A stretch of 64,000 nt of DNA from positions 3,776,001-3,840,000 of the forward strand of contig OZ242296.1 in the NCBI GenBank assembly GCA_965207735.1, read 5' to 3'. The notes beneath the pieces were generated by a model that worked only from the letters and a program-made list of their open reading frames with translations, was not told the DNA's origin and made no database searches. The position numbers and the translations under genes are program-made. Each line of letters begins with the position of its first letter. Position 1 is the stretch's first letter. Source of the DNA: Candidatus Versatilivorator sp. (GTDB lineage Bacteria > Acidobacteriota > Terriglobia > Versatilivoradales > Versatilivoraceae). Shown in pieces: positions 1-9,943 of the stretch.

Positions 1-45
1 CGCCTCCTTCGGCCTTGACAAGCTCAAAATCCGAGGCCGACCCGG

Positions 46-230
46 CTTGTCTGAAACAAACGAAAAAAGACAAAAGAAAAAGAGTGATCCACGAAGGGAC
101 ACGAAGGACGACGAAGGGACACTAAGGCGCTGAGGTTAACCGCGACGGGGTACCAAGATCGCGAGAGGACTATCGATTTCCGATTGTTTCACCCTCGTAT
201 GATCTGCCCGGCAGGGAAGGGGCCGGACTT
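46..230 (-). repeat. Type-A ~185-bp dispersed repeat (IS110-end-like non-autonomous element), copy 1
   Basis: CTTGTCTGAAACAAACG...CACGAAGG...GGCGCTGAGGTTAACCGCGACGGGGTACCAAG...TTGTTTCACCCTCGTATGATC; near-identical copies at 19228, 31003, 31187, 39403, 45722. Confidence 0.85.
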
Positions 231-241
231 TTTAGGTATTG

Positions 242-405
242 ATAGTCCCCGGGCGAACGCCCGGGCGACCCATTGAGCCGCGGAGCGGCGCCAGCAGGTA
301 GCCGTGGGCGTCAGCCCATGGGAAACGTCGCCTATGGGTGTCGAGCCGCGTAGGCGGCGGCAGCAAATGCCGGTGAGCCCAAGTGAAGCACAAGCCGACG
401 CAAGG
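242..405. repeat. REP-like palindrome cluster (GCCGCG-x-GCGGC / TAGCCGTGGGCGTCAGCCCATGG family)
   Basis: Short GC-rich hairpins; recurs at 6680-6910, 39240-39375 (reverse), 58660-58752, 59064-59230. Confidence 0.7.
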
Positions 406-409
406 ATGA

Positions 410-692
410 TTTGAAACAACGCCTTGTGCCGGGTGGCGGAACATCCGTTCAAAGTCAAGCATAGTCAGACGGCTAATTTACATGGATGCACAGGATGGAC
501 AGGATTATTCGGCGAGAGTTTCCACCGTCGTGAGTTCAACCGTCGCCTCCGTTCCAACACGGATTTCCCAAAACCCGCTCCCAGGCTCTTGGATTACTTC
601 CAGCACCCACCCGATCATCAAGCGGGTCTGCTTCTGTGGCACAGCCTCCCGTGCTGTTTATCCTGTATATCCTGTGCATCCATGTTCAATCA
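410..692 (-). repeat. Type-B repeat with inverted CATGGATGCACAGGAT cassette
   Basis: TGAAACAAC...GCCGGGTGGC...GTCAAGCAT then CATGGATGCACAGGAT ... ATCCTGTGCATCCATG; copies at 19410-19640 and 45505-45729. Confidence 0.8.
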
Positions 693-797
693 GTAGAAAA
701 CCGGTTTGCCACGACAGGGTCCTTGTTCCCGGCAGGCCATGAAGATGCGTTGTTTCACGCTCGAATGATCCGTCCCGTCGTCGGGGACGGAGCCTCG

Positions 798-1178
798 CTA
801 CCTGGAGCTTCCAGCCGGCGGCGCGGAGGGACGGCTGAGAACGAACAGGGCCACCCCCAGGCTGATCAGTATCAGCACCACCTGAAGGTAGGGCGAGCGC
901 ACCACGAACCACACGCTGTAGCCGACCAGGCCGAACATCAGCACCACCGAGGCGGCCTTGGCCCCCGGGCGGATCACTTGTCCGTTTTCCCAGTCGCGCA
1001 GAATGGGTCCGAAGCGCCGGTGGGCTCGCAGCCATTGGTGAATCCGAGGCGAGCTCCTGGAGAAAAAGTAGGCGGCCAGCAATACCAGCGGGGTGGTGGG
1101 AACCAGGGGAAGGAATATCCCTGCGAATCCAATCGACAGAGACACAAGTCCCAAGGCCAAGTAGAGTTTTCTGATCAT
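798..1178 (-). CDS. ybaN: YbaN/DUF454 family inner membrane protein
   Basis: Family motif GIFLPLVPTTPLVLLAAYFFSRSSPRIHQWL..HRRFGP.LRDW; 126 aa, hydrophobic. Confidence 0.85.
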   Translation of the reverse strand: MIRKLYLALGLVSLSIGFAGIFLPLVPTTPLVLLAAYFFSRSSPRIHQWLRAHRRFGPILRDWENGQVIRPGAKAASVVLMFGLVGYSVWFVVRSPYLQVVLILISLGVALFVLSRPSAPPAGSSR

Positions 1179-1282
1179 GGATCCAAAAGCAAGAACCCGT
1201 CGTCAGTGGGGAGTTGAACGCGAGCCACCGGTGTCCTGCCTTGTTTCATTGGAGACGAGTGGACAGAAATCTGGCTAATATG

Positions 1283-1298
1283 ATACAGATATCTGTAT
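1283..1298. promoter_or_regulatory. Perfect 16-bp palindrome over the antitoxin start codon; probable TA operator
   Basis: ATACAGATATCTGTAT; TATGAT -10-like hexamer at 1279-1284. Confidence 0.55.
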
Positions 1299-1539
1299 GA
1301 AAACGACTCTCAACTTTGATGACCACCTGATCCGCACCGCCAAGATCCGTGCCGCTCAGCAAGGGGAGACCCTGACGCGACTGATCGAACGCGCCCTGCG
1401 AGATTACCTTCAAGCCGGTCCACATGACTCGGCGCGCCAGTTTCGGGCCAAGTTGCTGACCAAGCGAGGCCGTGCGGTCGCCGGGGTCAATCTGGACGAC
1501 CGGGACGCCCTCTACGAGCGGATGGAGGCGCCCGATTGA
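1297..1539 (+). CDS. vapB: VapB-type ribbon-helix-helix antitoxin
   Basis: MKTTLNFDDHLIRTAKIRAAQQGETLTRLIERALR and C-terminal GVNLDDRDALYERME; overlaps the PIN gene by 4 nt. Confidence 0.85.
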   Translation: MKTTLNFDDHLIRTAKIRAAQQGETLTRLIERALRDYLQAGPHDSARQFRAKLLTKRGRAVAGVNLDDRDALYERMEAPD

Positions 1540-1967
1540 TTGCGGTCGACACGAACATTCTTGTTCATGCGCACCGCGAGGAGTCGCCCAAGCATCTCGC
1601 CGCTCACGCACGCGTCGTCGCCCTCGCCGAGTCCCCTGCCCGCTGGGGTATCCCGGTATTTTGCGTCGGCGAATTCGTTCGCGTCATCACCCACCCCAGG
1701 CTGTTCAATCCTCCTTACTCCGCCAACGAAGCGTGCCAGGCACTGACCAGGCTGCTTGCCTCACCGAGTGTGACCGTGGTCCGCCCCGGTTCCGCCTATC
1801 CGGAGCTCCTGTTGGAAGCGCTCCGCGAGGCAAACGCCATTGGGAACGTAGCGTTCGATGCTCAGATTGTGGCACTGTGCCGGGAGAACGGCATTTCCCG
1901 CCTCTTGACAGAGGATCGCGACTTCGACCGCTTCCGGGGCCTCGTCATCGAACGCCTCGAGGTGTGA
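1536..1967 (+). CDS. vapC: VapC PIN-domain ribonuclease toxin
   Basis: PIN acidic motifs VDTNIL, GEF, FDAQIVA, TEDRDF. Confidence 0.9.
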   Translation: MIAVDTNILVHAHREESPKHLAAHARVVALAESPARWGIPVFCVGEFVRVITHPRLFNPPYSANEACQALTRLLASPSVTVVRPGSAYPELLLEALREANAIGNVAFDAQIVALCRENGISRLLTEDRDFDRFRGLVIERLEV

Positions 1968-1998
1968 TCACGGTCAGAAGCCGATTCCCAATATCCGG

Positions 1999-3459
1999 TC
2001 AACCTCCCAGCCTTGCCCGGACGTGGCCCACCCCGACCGTGATCAGACAGCCTATCAAGGTGTGCCAGGTGTAGTCGATTCGGGTCAGTGTCAGGACGAG
2101 GGCCATGGTCAGAATGCCGGCCAGGAATCCGGCGAGGGCGTCGCCGGATCTGGGCCGCTTGGACAGAAGCCCCAGGAAGAAGATTCCCAACAGGCTGCCG
2201 TAGGTCACCGAGGCGATGCGCAGCCCCAACTCCACCACCGGGTTGCGGGTGTCGGTGAAGAGCATGGCGCCCCCGATGAGGGCCAGTCCCCAAAGCAGGG
2301 TGAAGGTTCTGGACCAGAACATCTCCTGCCGGGCATCGAAAGCCCGGGCTCGTTTGGAAATACGGAACAGGTCCAGGTAGGTGGAGGAGGCCAGGGAGCT
2401 GATGGCCGAGGAGAGGGTCCCCATGGCGGAGGCCAGCACGCCGGCGATGACCAGCCCGGCCAGTCCGCTGGGGAGCTGCTCCACGATGAACTTGGGAAAC
2501 ACCTGGTCGGAACTCTTCAGTCCGAGCTGAGTGAGGTCGGCGCCGCCGTAAAAGGCGAACAGGCACAGTCCCAGCATCAGGAAGAACGCGAACTGGAGCA
2601 CGATGACGGCAGCGTCCAGAAGCAGGGCCCGCTGGCTTTCCCGGGCGTTCCGGCAGGCCAGCAGGCGTTGGACCAGGAGTTGGTCGGTGCCGTGAGAGGC
2701 CATGGTCAGAAAGATTCCTCCCAGCAGGCTCCCGGTCAGGGTGTAGGGAGAGGTCAGCCACTCCATCAGGCCCGCTCCTCCGAAGGGGTTCAGCACCGAG
2801 AGCTTGTCTGCGCCGGCCGCGGTGCTGAAGCGGACCACGTCCTCCCACCCCTGGGGCAGGTGGTTCAATATGAGAGCCATGGCTACGGCGGCCCCGGCCA
2901 GGTAGATGAACGTCTGCACCACGTCCATGGCCACCACTGCCTTGAGTCCCCCCATGTAAGTGTAGATAAGGGTAAAGACGCCAATCAGGAGGATGCTTGC
3001 CGGGTAGCTCAGCCCGGTGATGAGGTGGAGGGGAATGGCCGAGGCGAACAGGCGAACCCCCGAGGCCAGCACTCGGGTGACGATGAAGACGGAGGAGGTC
3101 AATCGGCGCAGGGGCAGGCCGAACCGTTTGCCGATGAAGTCGTAGGCGGTCTCCAGTTCCCCACGATAGTAGGCCGGGATGAAGAAGAGAGCCACCAGGC
3201 AGCGTCCGACAAAGTAACCCAGGGCCAGTTGGAGGAAGTGCAGGTTTCCCTGGTAAGCCAGGCCGGGAACGCTGATGAAGGTCAGGGTGCTGGTCTCGCT
3301 GGCCACCACCGAGAGCCCCACCGCCCACCAGGGTAAGGCACGGCCGCCCAGGAAATAGTCTCGGGAAGACTGCTGGCGGCCGCCGATTCGGGTGCCGATC
3401 CAGGCCACGCCCACAAGGTAGACCGCGATGATGGCGTAGTCGAGGGGGTTGAGGCCCAT
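1999..3459 (-). CDS. Sodium:solute symporter (SSS family)
   Basis: DYFLGGRALPWWAVGLSVVASETSTLTFISVPG, GGLKAVVAMDVVQ, GTDQLLVQRLLAC; many TM segments. Confidence 0.9.
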   Translation of the reverse strand: MGLNPLDYAIIAVYLVGVAWIGTRIGGRQQSSRDYFLGGRALPWWAVGLSVVASETSTLTFISVPGLAYQGNLHFLQLALGYFVGRCLVALFFIPAYYRGELETAYDFIGKRFGLPLRRLTSSVFIVTRVLASGVRLFASAIPLHLITGLSYPASILLIGVFTLIYTYMGGLKAVVAMDVVQTFIYLAGAAVAMALILNHLPQGWEDVVRFSTAAGADKLSVLNPFGGAGLMEWLTSPYTLTGSLLGGIFLTMASHGTDQLLVQRLLACRNARESQRALLLDAAVIVLQFAFFLMLGLCLFAFYGGADLTQLGLKSSDQVFPKFIVEQLPSGLAGLVIAGVLASAMGTLSSAISSLASSTYLDLFRISKRARAFDARQEMFWSRTFTLLWGLALIGGAMLFTDTRNPVVELGLRIASVTYGSLLGIFFLGLLSKRPRSGDALAGFLAGILTMALVLTLTRIDYTWHTLIGCLITVGVGHVRARLGG

Positions 3460-3600
3460 AAGCGAACGGTTCTCTAGCTCGCACTATGAATCCGCCGACC
3501 TGGTGAGAAATGCGGGCTCGGGTGCCCGTCCGAAAGGGGCGGGTCGACTCAACCCCCCAACCTCTCTACCACCCTCAAAAACAAGGCAGGCGTGGTCCTT

Positions 3601-4932
3601 TCAGCGGGACCACCCGGCAAAGACCTCGGCGGCCGCGGCCACGGTCTCTTCGATGTCGGCGGGGGTGTGGGCCGTAGAGAGGAAGGCGGCTTCGAACTGG
3701 CTGGGAGGCAGATAGATTCCCCGATGCAGCATGTCCCAGAAGAACCGCGAGAAGCGCTCCGGATCGGAGCGCTTGGCCGAGGGGAAGTCAGTGACGGGAG
3801 CGCCGGCGCCTTGGCCGGATTGGGCCTGTTCAGCGCCCGGATTTCCCGGCGTAAAGAAGAGCGTGAACATGCTGCCGACGTGATTTACGTGGACGGAGAC
3901 ACCGGCCTGGTTGGCCGCACGGGTCAGGCCGTCCTGGAGTTGTTCGGCCAGGCGCTCGAGCCCGTCGTAGGTCCCGGGCCGTTCGAGGATTTTCAGGGTG
4001 GCGATGCCAGCGGTTACCGCCAGAGGGTTTCCCGAGAGGGTGCCGGCCTGATAGACGGGACCGGTCGGAGCCAGCCGGCTCATGATCTCGTCTCGACCGC
4101 CGTAAGCCCCGACAGGGAGGCCACCGCCGATGACTTTGCCCAGGATGGTCAGATCCGGCTGAACTCCAAAGCGTTCCTGGGCTCCTCCGTAGGCGATGCG
4201 GAATCCGGTCATCACTTCGTCGAAAATCAGCAGCGCGCCGTGCTGCCGGGTGATGGCGCGCACCCCTTCCAGGAAGCCCGGCTGCGGGGGGACACAACCC
4301 ATGTTCCCGACCACCGGTTCCAGGATCACTGCTGCAATTTTGTCGTTGTGGCGGGCAAAGGCTTCCTCGACCGCGGGCAGTTGGTTGAAGGAGCAGGTCA
4401 GGGTCAGCCGGGCCAGCTCCGAGGGTACGCCGGGGCTGTCGGGCAGTCCCAGGGTCGCCACCCCGGACCCCGCCTTTACCAGCAGGCTGTCGCCGTGGCC
4501 GTGGTAGCACCCCTCGAACTTCAGGATCATGGGACGACCCGTAAAGGCGCGGGCCAGCCGCAGGGCGGCCATGCTGGCTTCGGTGCCGGAGCTGGTGAGG
4601 CGCACCTTCTCAACCGAAGGAAAGGCCTGGTGGATCTGCTCGGCCAATTCCACTTCCCGTTCGGTGGAAGCGCCGAAGCTGGTGCCGGTTTCCAGGACGC
4701 CTCGCAGGGCCGCCATCACCTCGGGGTGGCAGTGACCCAGAATGAGCGGACCCCAGGAGCCCACGTAGTCGAGGTAGCCGTTGCGGTCCACGTCGTAGAT
4801 GCGGGCCCCCTTGCCGTGATCCATGAACAGGGGGTTGCCTCCCACGGCCTGGAAGGCTCTGGCCGGTGAGTTGACGCCGCCCGGAATGAATTTCCGGGCT
4901 CTCTCGTAAAGTTGTTGGGACTTTCGGTACAA
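3601..4932 (-). CDS. hemL: Glutamate-1-semialdehyde 2,1-aminomutase
   Basis: [57 protein letters not shown]. Confidence 0.97.
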   Translation of the reverse strand: MYRKSQQLYERARKFIPGGVNSPARAFQAVGGNPLFMDHGKGARIYDVDRNGYLDYVGSWGPLILGHCHPEVMAALRGVLETGTSFGASTEREVELAEQIHQAFPSVEKVRLTSSGTEASMAALRLARAFTGRPMILKFEGCYHGHGDSLLVKAGSGVATLGLPDSPGVPSELARLTLTCSFNQLPAVEEAFARHNDKIAAVILEPVVGNMGCVPPQPGFLEGVRAITRQHGALLIFDEVMTGFRIAYGGAQERFGVQPDLTILGKVIGGGLPVGAYGGRDEIMSRLAPTGPVYQAGTLSGNPLAVTAGIATLKILERPGTYDGLERLAEQLQDGLTRAANQAGVSVHVNHVGSMFTLFFTPGNPGAEQAQSGQGAGAPVTDFPSAKRSDPERFSRFFWDMLHRGIYLPPSQFEAAFLSTAHTPADIEETVAAAAEVFAGWSR

Positions 4933-4946
4933 GATCCCTCCCTGGG

Positions 4947-5939
4947 CTAGGATCCGGCGGCGGCCTGACCCTGAAGGAGCTTCACCGCCGCCTTGGCGAA
5001 ATAGGTAATGATCCAGTCGGCCCCGGCCCGCCGGATGCAGGTGAGCGATTCCAGGATGGTCTGTGCTTCATCCAGCCAGCCGTTTCTGTGGGCGGCCACG
5101 AGAGCGGAATACTCGCCGCTGACCTGGTAGGCCGCCACCGGCAGATTGAATTCCGTCCTGACCCGGTAGATGACGTCCAGGTAAGGCATGGCCGGTTTGA
5201 CCATCACGATGTCGGTTCCCTCCTCGATGTCCAGAGCGACCTCGCGCAGGGCCTCCCGCTGATTGGCAGGGTCCATCTGATAGGAGCGCCGGTCTCCGAA
5301 TTGAGGGGCCGAGTCGGCCGCCTCCCGGAAGGGTCCATAGAACCCGGAGGCGTATTTGGCAGCGTAGGACAGTATGGGGGTCTTTTCGAATCCGTGATCG
5401 TCCAGCCTGTCCCGAATGGCCTCCACGCGGCCGTCCATCATGTCCGAGGGAGCAATCAGGTCGGCGCCGGCCCGGGCATAGACCAGGGCGGTTCGGGCCA
5501 ATAGTTCGAGGGTGGCGTCGTTGTCGACGTCCCCCTCGTGAACCCGGCCGCAGTGGCCGTGCGAGGTGTACTCGCAGAGACAGACGTCGGTGATGACCAG
5601 CAGATCGGGGACGGCCGCCTTCACGGCTCGCACCGCCGTAGGGATGATGCCCTCCTCGGCGTAGGCGCCGCTGCCCTCGGCATCTTTCGCCGGCGGGATT
5701 CCGAAAAGCAGCACGGCAGGGATTCCCAGCGACTGCACCTGGTGGCACTCCTCCACCAGTCGATCGATGGAAAAGTGGTAGTTCCCGGGCATGGAGGGGA
5801 TCTCCCGCTTCACACCCTCGCCCGGACAGGCGAAGAGGGGATAGATGAAGTCGAGCGGGGAGAGCCGGGTCTCACGCACCATGGCGCGCAGCAGGCGGCT
5901 GCTCCGCAGGCGGCGCGGTCGATAGAATGGCTTGGGCAC
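4947..5939 (-). CDS. hemB: Porphobilinogen synthase (ALA dehydratase), Zn-binding type
   Basis: [43 protein letters not shown]; GTG at 5939 preferred, ORF is open to 5996. Confidence 0.97.
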   Translation of the reverse strand: MPKPFYRPRRLRSSRLLRAMVRETRLSPLDFIYPLFACPGEGVKREIPSMPGNYHFSIDRLVEECHQVQSLGIPAVLLFGIPPAKDAEGSGAYAEEGIIPTAVRAVKAAVPDLLVITDVCLCEYTSHGHCGRVHEGDVDNDATLELLARTALVYARAGADLIAPSDMMDGRVEAIRDRLDDHGFEKTPILSYAAKYASGFYGPFREAADSAPQFGDRRSYQMDPANQREALREVALDIEEGTDIVMVKPAMPYLDVIYRVRTEFNLPVAAYQVSGEYSALVAAHRNGWLDEAQTILESLTCIRRAGADWIITYFAKAAVKLLQGQAAAGS

Positions 5940-6139
5940 GAATCCCCCCGGGGACCCAGGACGGCCCGATTGTAGCACAGGCGCCCGGCTGTCCATGGGC
6001 GGCGGAGTCGGAGTATGGCAGCCCGGCGTCCACCTCCCGCCGCATCAGCTTTCGTCTATAATTATCTCGCCGCAAGCCCGGCGGCGCTGCCTGGAAGTCA
6101 GGATTTTGGCCACCGCAGCCGCGGCAGGGGGGAAAGCGC

Positions 6140-6570
6140 ATGACCAGCCGTCACAACAAGGTAAGGAGTTGTCCAGAGGCGTCAAGCGGCCTTGTCGAGA
6201 TCAGCCGAAGGGGTTTCCTGCAGGCCGGCGCCCTGGCGAGTTCGGGGCGGCTCCGGCCTACAACTGGATGCTGCCCTACACCGATGTCCATCCTGGGACG
6301 GCTTTCACCGAGGTGCCGGTTGCCGATTGGGACAACCCCAGGATGGAGGCCCGGCTGGAGTGGCTGAAGCGTTGGCGCGCCTTCTATCGCGCCACGGCCT
6401 GGTCGGAGATGGTCTCCCACCGGTTCCTCAACGCCGAAAGATCCCTGCAGCAGGTGGCATACGCCAACGGGGTCAAGGCGGACTTCGACTTGGCGAACGG
6501 GCTGTGCCGGGTTCAAGGGGTGTCCGGGTTCAGCGGGGAATGGGAAAAGCCCCACCGGGGACAGCTCTGA
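6140..6570 (+). pseudogene. Internally deleted Tat-exported glycoside-hydrolase-like gene
   Basis: Frame 1 gives a Tat leader (ISRRGFLQAGALA); another frame from ~6245 gives a protein-like C-terminus (EMVSHRFLNAERSLQQVAYANGVKADFD) ending at 6570. Confidence 0.55.
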
Positions 6571-6679
6571 AGGAGCAAATGGCCTCGGGGGCCGGTGGTT
6601 TCAGTGTAAGATAACCGGGAGCCGGAAGCCGGCGGACGACACTGCCGGGGCAAGGGATTTTCTGATTGACTATACCCGT

Positions 6680-6910
6680 GACGCCAGCCCGGAGAATGGG
6701 GGACATTCCTTAGCCGTGGGGGTCAGCCCATGGGAAACGTCCCGTACGGGAGTTGAGCCGCGAATGCGGCGGCAGCAAATGCCTTAAGCAGATGCCAAGC
6801 GCTGACTAACGAAATGGCGTTTCTCAGCTGCACATAGGCAGCGTGAGCCGGCTTCCTTGAGAGCCGCGAAGCGGCGCCAGCACATAGCCGTGGGCGTCAG
6901 CCCATGGGAA
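6680..6910. repeat. REP-like palindrome cluster
   Basis: Two TAGCCGTGGG-x-GTCAGCCCATGGGAAAC units plus GAGCCGCGAAGCGGC hairpins. Confidence 0.7.
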
Positions 6911-6956
6911 ACCGGAGCGGCGGTCAGCCAACTCGCGTCTACCGTGAAATAGAGTA

Positions 6957-8663
6957 ATGAAACACAAACCGAATCTCACCATCCTGATCCCGTTGCTGCT
7001 GTTTCTGGCGGGGGCGTTTCCGGGACATGGAGCCGGCGGTCCTGCAGTCAATGGGAAGCCGATCGCGATGACCTTCGTCGATGTGGCCGAGCAGGCCGGT
7101 ATCGATTTTCAGCACTACAGCGGCAGCGCCGAGAAGACCTATATGCTGGAATCGATGAGCGGGGGAGTGGCCTGGATCGACTATGACCGGGACGGCTGGC
7201 AGGATCTCTACCTGGTGAACGGCGGCCACTGGGATGAGCTGCTGCAGGGGAAACGGAGCATCTCCAACGCGCTCTACCGCAACAACGGCGACGGCACCTT
7301 CACCGACGTCACCCGGAAGGCGGGTGTCGGGGGCAAGCGGTGGGGCATGGGTGTGGCAGCGGCCGACTACGACAACGACGGCTGGCCGGACCTCTACGTG
7401 TGCAACTTCGGGCCTAACAATCTCTATCGGAACAACGGCGACGGTACCTTCACCGACGTAGCCGATCGAACCGGAGTCGCGGACGGGCGCTGGGGGGTCA
7501 GCGCGGCCTTCGGGGACTATGACGCCGATGGCCACCTGGACCTCTATGTGGCCAACAACGTCACCTTTGACCCTATGAATCCGCCTCCCATGAATTGCAA
7601 GTATCGGGGCATCACCGTCCAGTGCGGTCCCACGGGCCTGCCCTGCGACGGCGACATCCTCTACCGCAACAACGGCGACGGCACCTTCACCGACGTCACT
7701 CGGAAGGCGGGAGTGGCGGGAGTCAAACCCTCCTTCGGACTCGGGGTGGTGTGGACCGACTACGACAACGACAAGGATCTGGACCTCTACGTGGCCAACG
7801 ATCAGATGGCCAACTTCATGTTCGAGAACCAGGGGGACGGGACCTTCAGCGAGATCGCCATGCTTGCCGGGGCCGGTTACTCCGATGACGGCGTCGCCCA
7901 GGGCAGCATGGGGGTCGATTTCGGCGACTACGACCACGACGGGCTGCTGGACATCTTCATCACCCACTTTTCCGACGACTACAACACGCTCTACCGCAAT
8001 CTGGGCGACGGGAACTTTCGGGATGTCAGCCATTTGGCCGAACTGGCCTTCCCCAGTTGGACCTATCTGGCCTGGGGGACCGGCTTCGCGGATTTCGACA
8101 ACGACGGCTGGGAGGATCTGTTCATCGCCAACGGGCACGTGTTTCCCCAAGTGGACCGCTACGAGATGGGCCAGAGCTTCTATCAGCGCAGCCAGCTCTT
8201 TCGCAACCTGGGCAACGGAAGGTTCCACGAGGTCACGGCCGGACTCGACCAGGTCAAGCTCTGGTCCAGCCGGGGAGCGGCCTTTGCCGACTTTGACAAC
8301 GATGGGGATGTCGACGTGGCCGTCAACAACCTGGACGGGAACCCCTGGCTGCTGAGAAACGATGGCGGCAGCCGGCAACGCTGGCTGAGCCTGCGCCTGG
8401 AAGGCACCCGCAGCAATCGCGGCGCCGTAGGGGCCCGGGTGACGGCCCTCACCCGGACGGGGGTCCAGATCCGGGAGGTGCGGGGAGGGTCCAGCTACCA
8501 ATCGACTCATGACCTGAGAGTGCACTTCGGCCTGGGAAAGGCCAACAAGGTCAAGTCGTTGGAGGTGCGCTGGCCGAACGGAACCGCGCAGAGGTTTACC
8601 GACGTCTCCGGCAACCGGAGATACCGGCTCAAGGAAGGAGGCCGTCTTGAGCGGGACAAGTAG
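6957..8663 (+). CDS. CRTAC1-family secreted protein (FG-GAP-like DxDxDG repeats + ASPIC/UnbV), subtype I
   Basis: Signal peptide; repeated DYDNDGxxDLYV...LYRNNGDGTFTDV; C-terminal NRGAVGARV...GGSSYQS...VHFGLG...VRWPNG. Confidence 0.92.
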   Translation: MKHKPNLTILIPLLLFLAGAFPGHGAGGPAVNGKPIAMTFVDVAEQAGIDFQHYSGSAEKTYMLESMSGGVAWIDYDRDGWQDLYLVNGGHWDELLQGKRSISNALYRNNGDGTFTDVTRKAGVGGKRWGMGVAAADYDNDGWPDLYVCNFGPNNLYRNNGDGTFTDVADRTGVADGRWGVSAAFGDYDADGHLDLYVANNVTFDPMNPPPMNCKYRGITVQCGPTGLPCDGDILYRNNGDGTFTDVTRKAGVAGVKPSFGLGVVWTDYDNDKDLDLYVANDQMANFMFENQGDGTFSEIAMLAGAGYSDDGVAQGSMGVDFGDYDHDGLLDIFITHFSDDYNTLYRNLGDGNFRDVSHLAELAFPSWTYLAWGTGFADFDNDGWEDLFIANGHVFPQVDRYEMGQSFYQRSQLFRNLGNGRFHEVTAGLDQVKLWSSRGAAFADFDNDGDVDVAVNNLDGNPWLLRNDGGSRQRWLSLRLEGTRSNRGAVGARVTALTRTGVQIREVRGGSSYQSTHDLRVHFGLGKANKVKSLEVRWPNGTAQRFTDVSGNRRYRLKEGGRLERDK

Positions 8664-8689
8664 CGAGGTTGCGCCTCAGACCGAAAGGC

Positions 8690-8786
8690 TGATGAATTGT
8701 TGATTGATGATTTCTGATCGTCGATTGGGGAGTTATGACGACTGATTTTGCCTCAAATCCACAATCCACAATCTGCAATCTGCAAT
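8690..8786. repeat. Inverted heptamer tandem-repeat cassette
   Basis: Degenerate GATT-rich units upstream; AATCCAC AATCCAC AATCTGC AATCTGC downstream. Confidence 0.55.
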
Positions 8787-8896
8787 ACAAGCGGGGATCC
8801 TCGGGGGCTCTATTTGCGGGTCGCCGGTCGGCAAAGCCGGCTGTTTGGGCACTACCCCGGAATCCGGGAGGCTATTCCCGCAAGCCCCTGGCCCGT

Positions 8897-9841
8897 GTGC
8901 TGGGGTTTTCCGTGGTTCTCTGGGTCGTGTTTTTCAGTCCCTGGCTGCTGGGAGAGTCCCGGCACTACCGAGAGGCTCGGGACTTGCACGAGAAGCAGCA
9001 GACTCTGATGGCCATGCTGGCTGCCCAGAAGGCCGTGGAGGAAGATCCGGAGAACGCCGACCACGTTTTTCTCTACGGATTGATCCTGACCGACCTGAAT
9101 CAGTTCAGCGAAGCCGAGGTTCAGCTTCGCAAGGCCCTGAGCCTCCGGCCGGATGATGCCGAGTTCCACTATCGCCTGGCCGCCCTGCTCCTGCAGCAGA
9201 AAATAGAGTGGAAGGCCACCCTGGGGCTGGACCGGCGCGACACCAGCACCCCGGTCATTCTGGGAACCGAACAGGAAGCCCAGGAATCCCTGGAAAAGAC
9301 CGTCAAGCTCGACCCCAACCACCTCAAGGCCCGACTCCACCTGGGTCGCACCTATTACGACCACAACCACCACCTGAAGGCCCGGCGGCAGTTCGATGCG
9401 GTACTGGAAAGGGATCCCGACTACCCCTGGCTCCACTACCATCTGGCTCTGCTCCATTCCGCCCGGGGAGAGGTGCAAGCGGCTACCCGAGAGCTGGAAA
9501 AGGAAATCGAGCTCCATCCGACCCACTCCCAGGCCCGACTGGAGCTGGGTGAGTGGCTGGTCAAGACCGGCCGGTTCGAAAGAGGTTTGAGCCATCTTTC
9601 CCAGGTGAAGCAGGACGAGGTCCATCCGGTCGACCTGAACTACGCCATCGCCAAGGCCCACCGAGGGTTGGGGAATCCCGCCCAAGCCCTGGCCGCGGCT
9701 CGGAAATGCGTGGAGATGGACCCCGAGTTCTCCGATGCCCACTACCTGCTGGGCCAGCTCTACCGGGAAACCGGGGAACTGGAGCTGGCTCGACAGTCCT
9801 TGGAAACCTTCCAAAAAGTCAAGAAGAGCCCCAGCCGCTGA
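8897..9841 (+). CDS. Secreted TPR protein (LAMLAAQKAV family, insert-bearing)
   Basis: Hydrophobic leader then TPR units (ARLHLGRTY, ARLELGEWL, AHYLLGQLY); ORF is open from 8735 but that 5' part lies in a repeat. Confidence 0.85.
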   Translation: MLGFSVVLWVVFFSPWLLGESRHYREARDLHEKQQTLMAMLAAQKAVEEDPENADHVFLYGLILTDLNQFSEAEVQLRKALSLRPDDAEFHYRLAALLLQQKIEWKATLGLDRRDTSTPVILGTEQEAQESLEKTVKLDPNHLKARLHLGRTYYDHNHHLKARRQFDAVLERDPDYPWLHYHLALLHSARGEVQAATRELEKEIELHPTHSQARLELGEWLVKTGRFERGLSHLSQVKQDEVHPVDLNYAIAKAHRGLGNPAQALAAARKCVEMDPEFSDAHYLLGQLYRETGELELARQSLETFQKVKKSPSR

Positions 9842-9943
9842 GAGTTCCTCCTTATTGACTTTCGGCCGTTCCTTGGCCAACATGGACCAACATGGATTGG
9901 TTATCGAATTCGACCCTTTGAATCGGAATTGGGTGAGTGTCTC

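Noticed and set aside
482-742. Small ORFs such as MDAQDGQD (also 19478-19714, 45509-45769, 57986-58630)
   Set aside because: They are translations of repeat elements with no independent coding evidence.
3460-3600. Riboswitch or leader between hemL and the symporter
   Set aside because: No recognisable aptamer or terminator was found.
6939-8525. Long antisense ORFs (also 2023-3336, 3592-4869, 11996-13708, 17540-19189, 34893-36470, 52528-54264, 54363-56393, 62645-64000)
   Set aside because: They shadow well-supported genes on the opposite strand, which is expected with high GC3, and show no family motifs.
9856-9884. Sigma-70 promoter TTGACT-N17-CAACAT before GWxTD paralog 1
   Set aside because: The -10 box is too weak to list as a feature.
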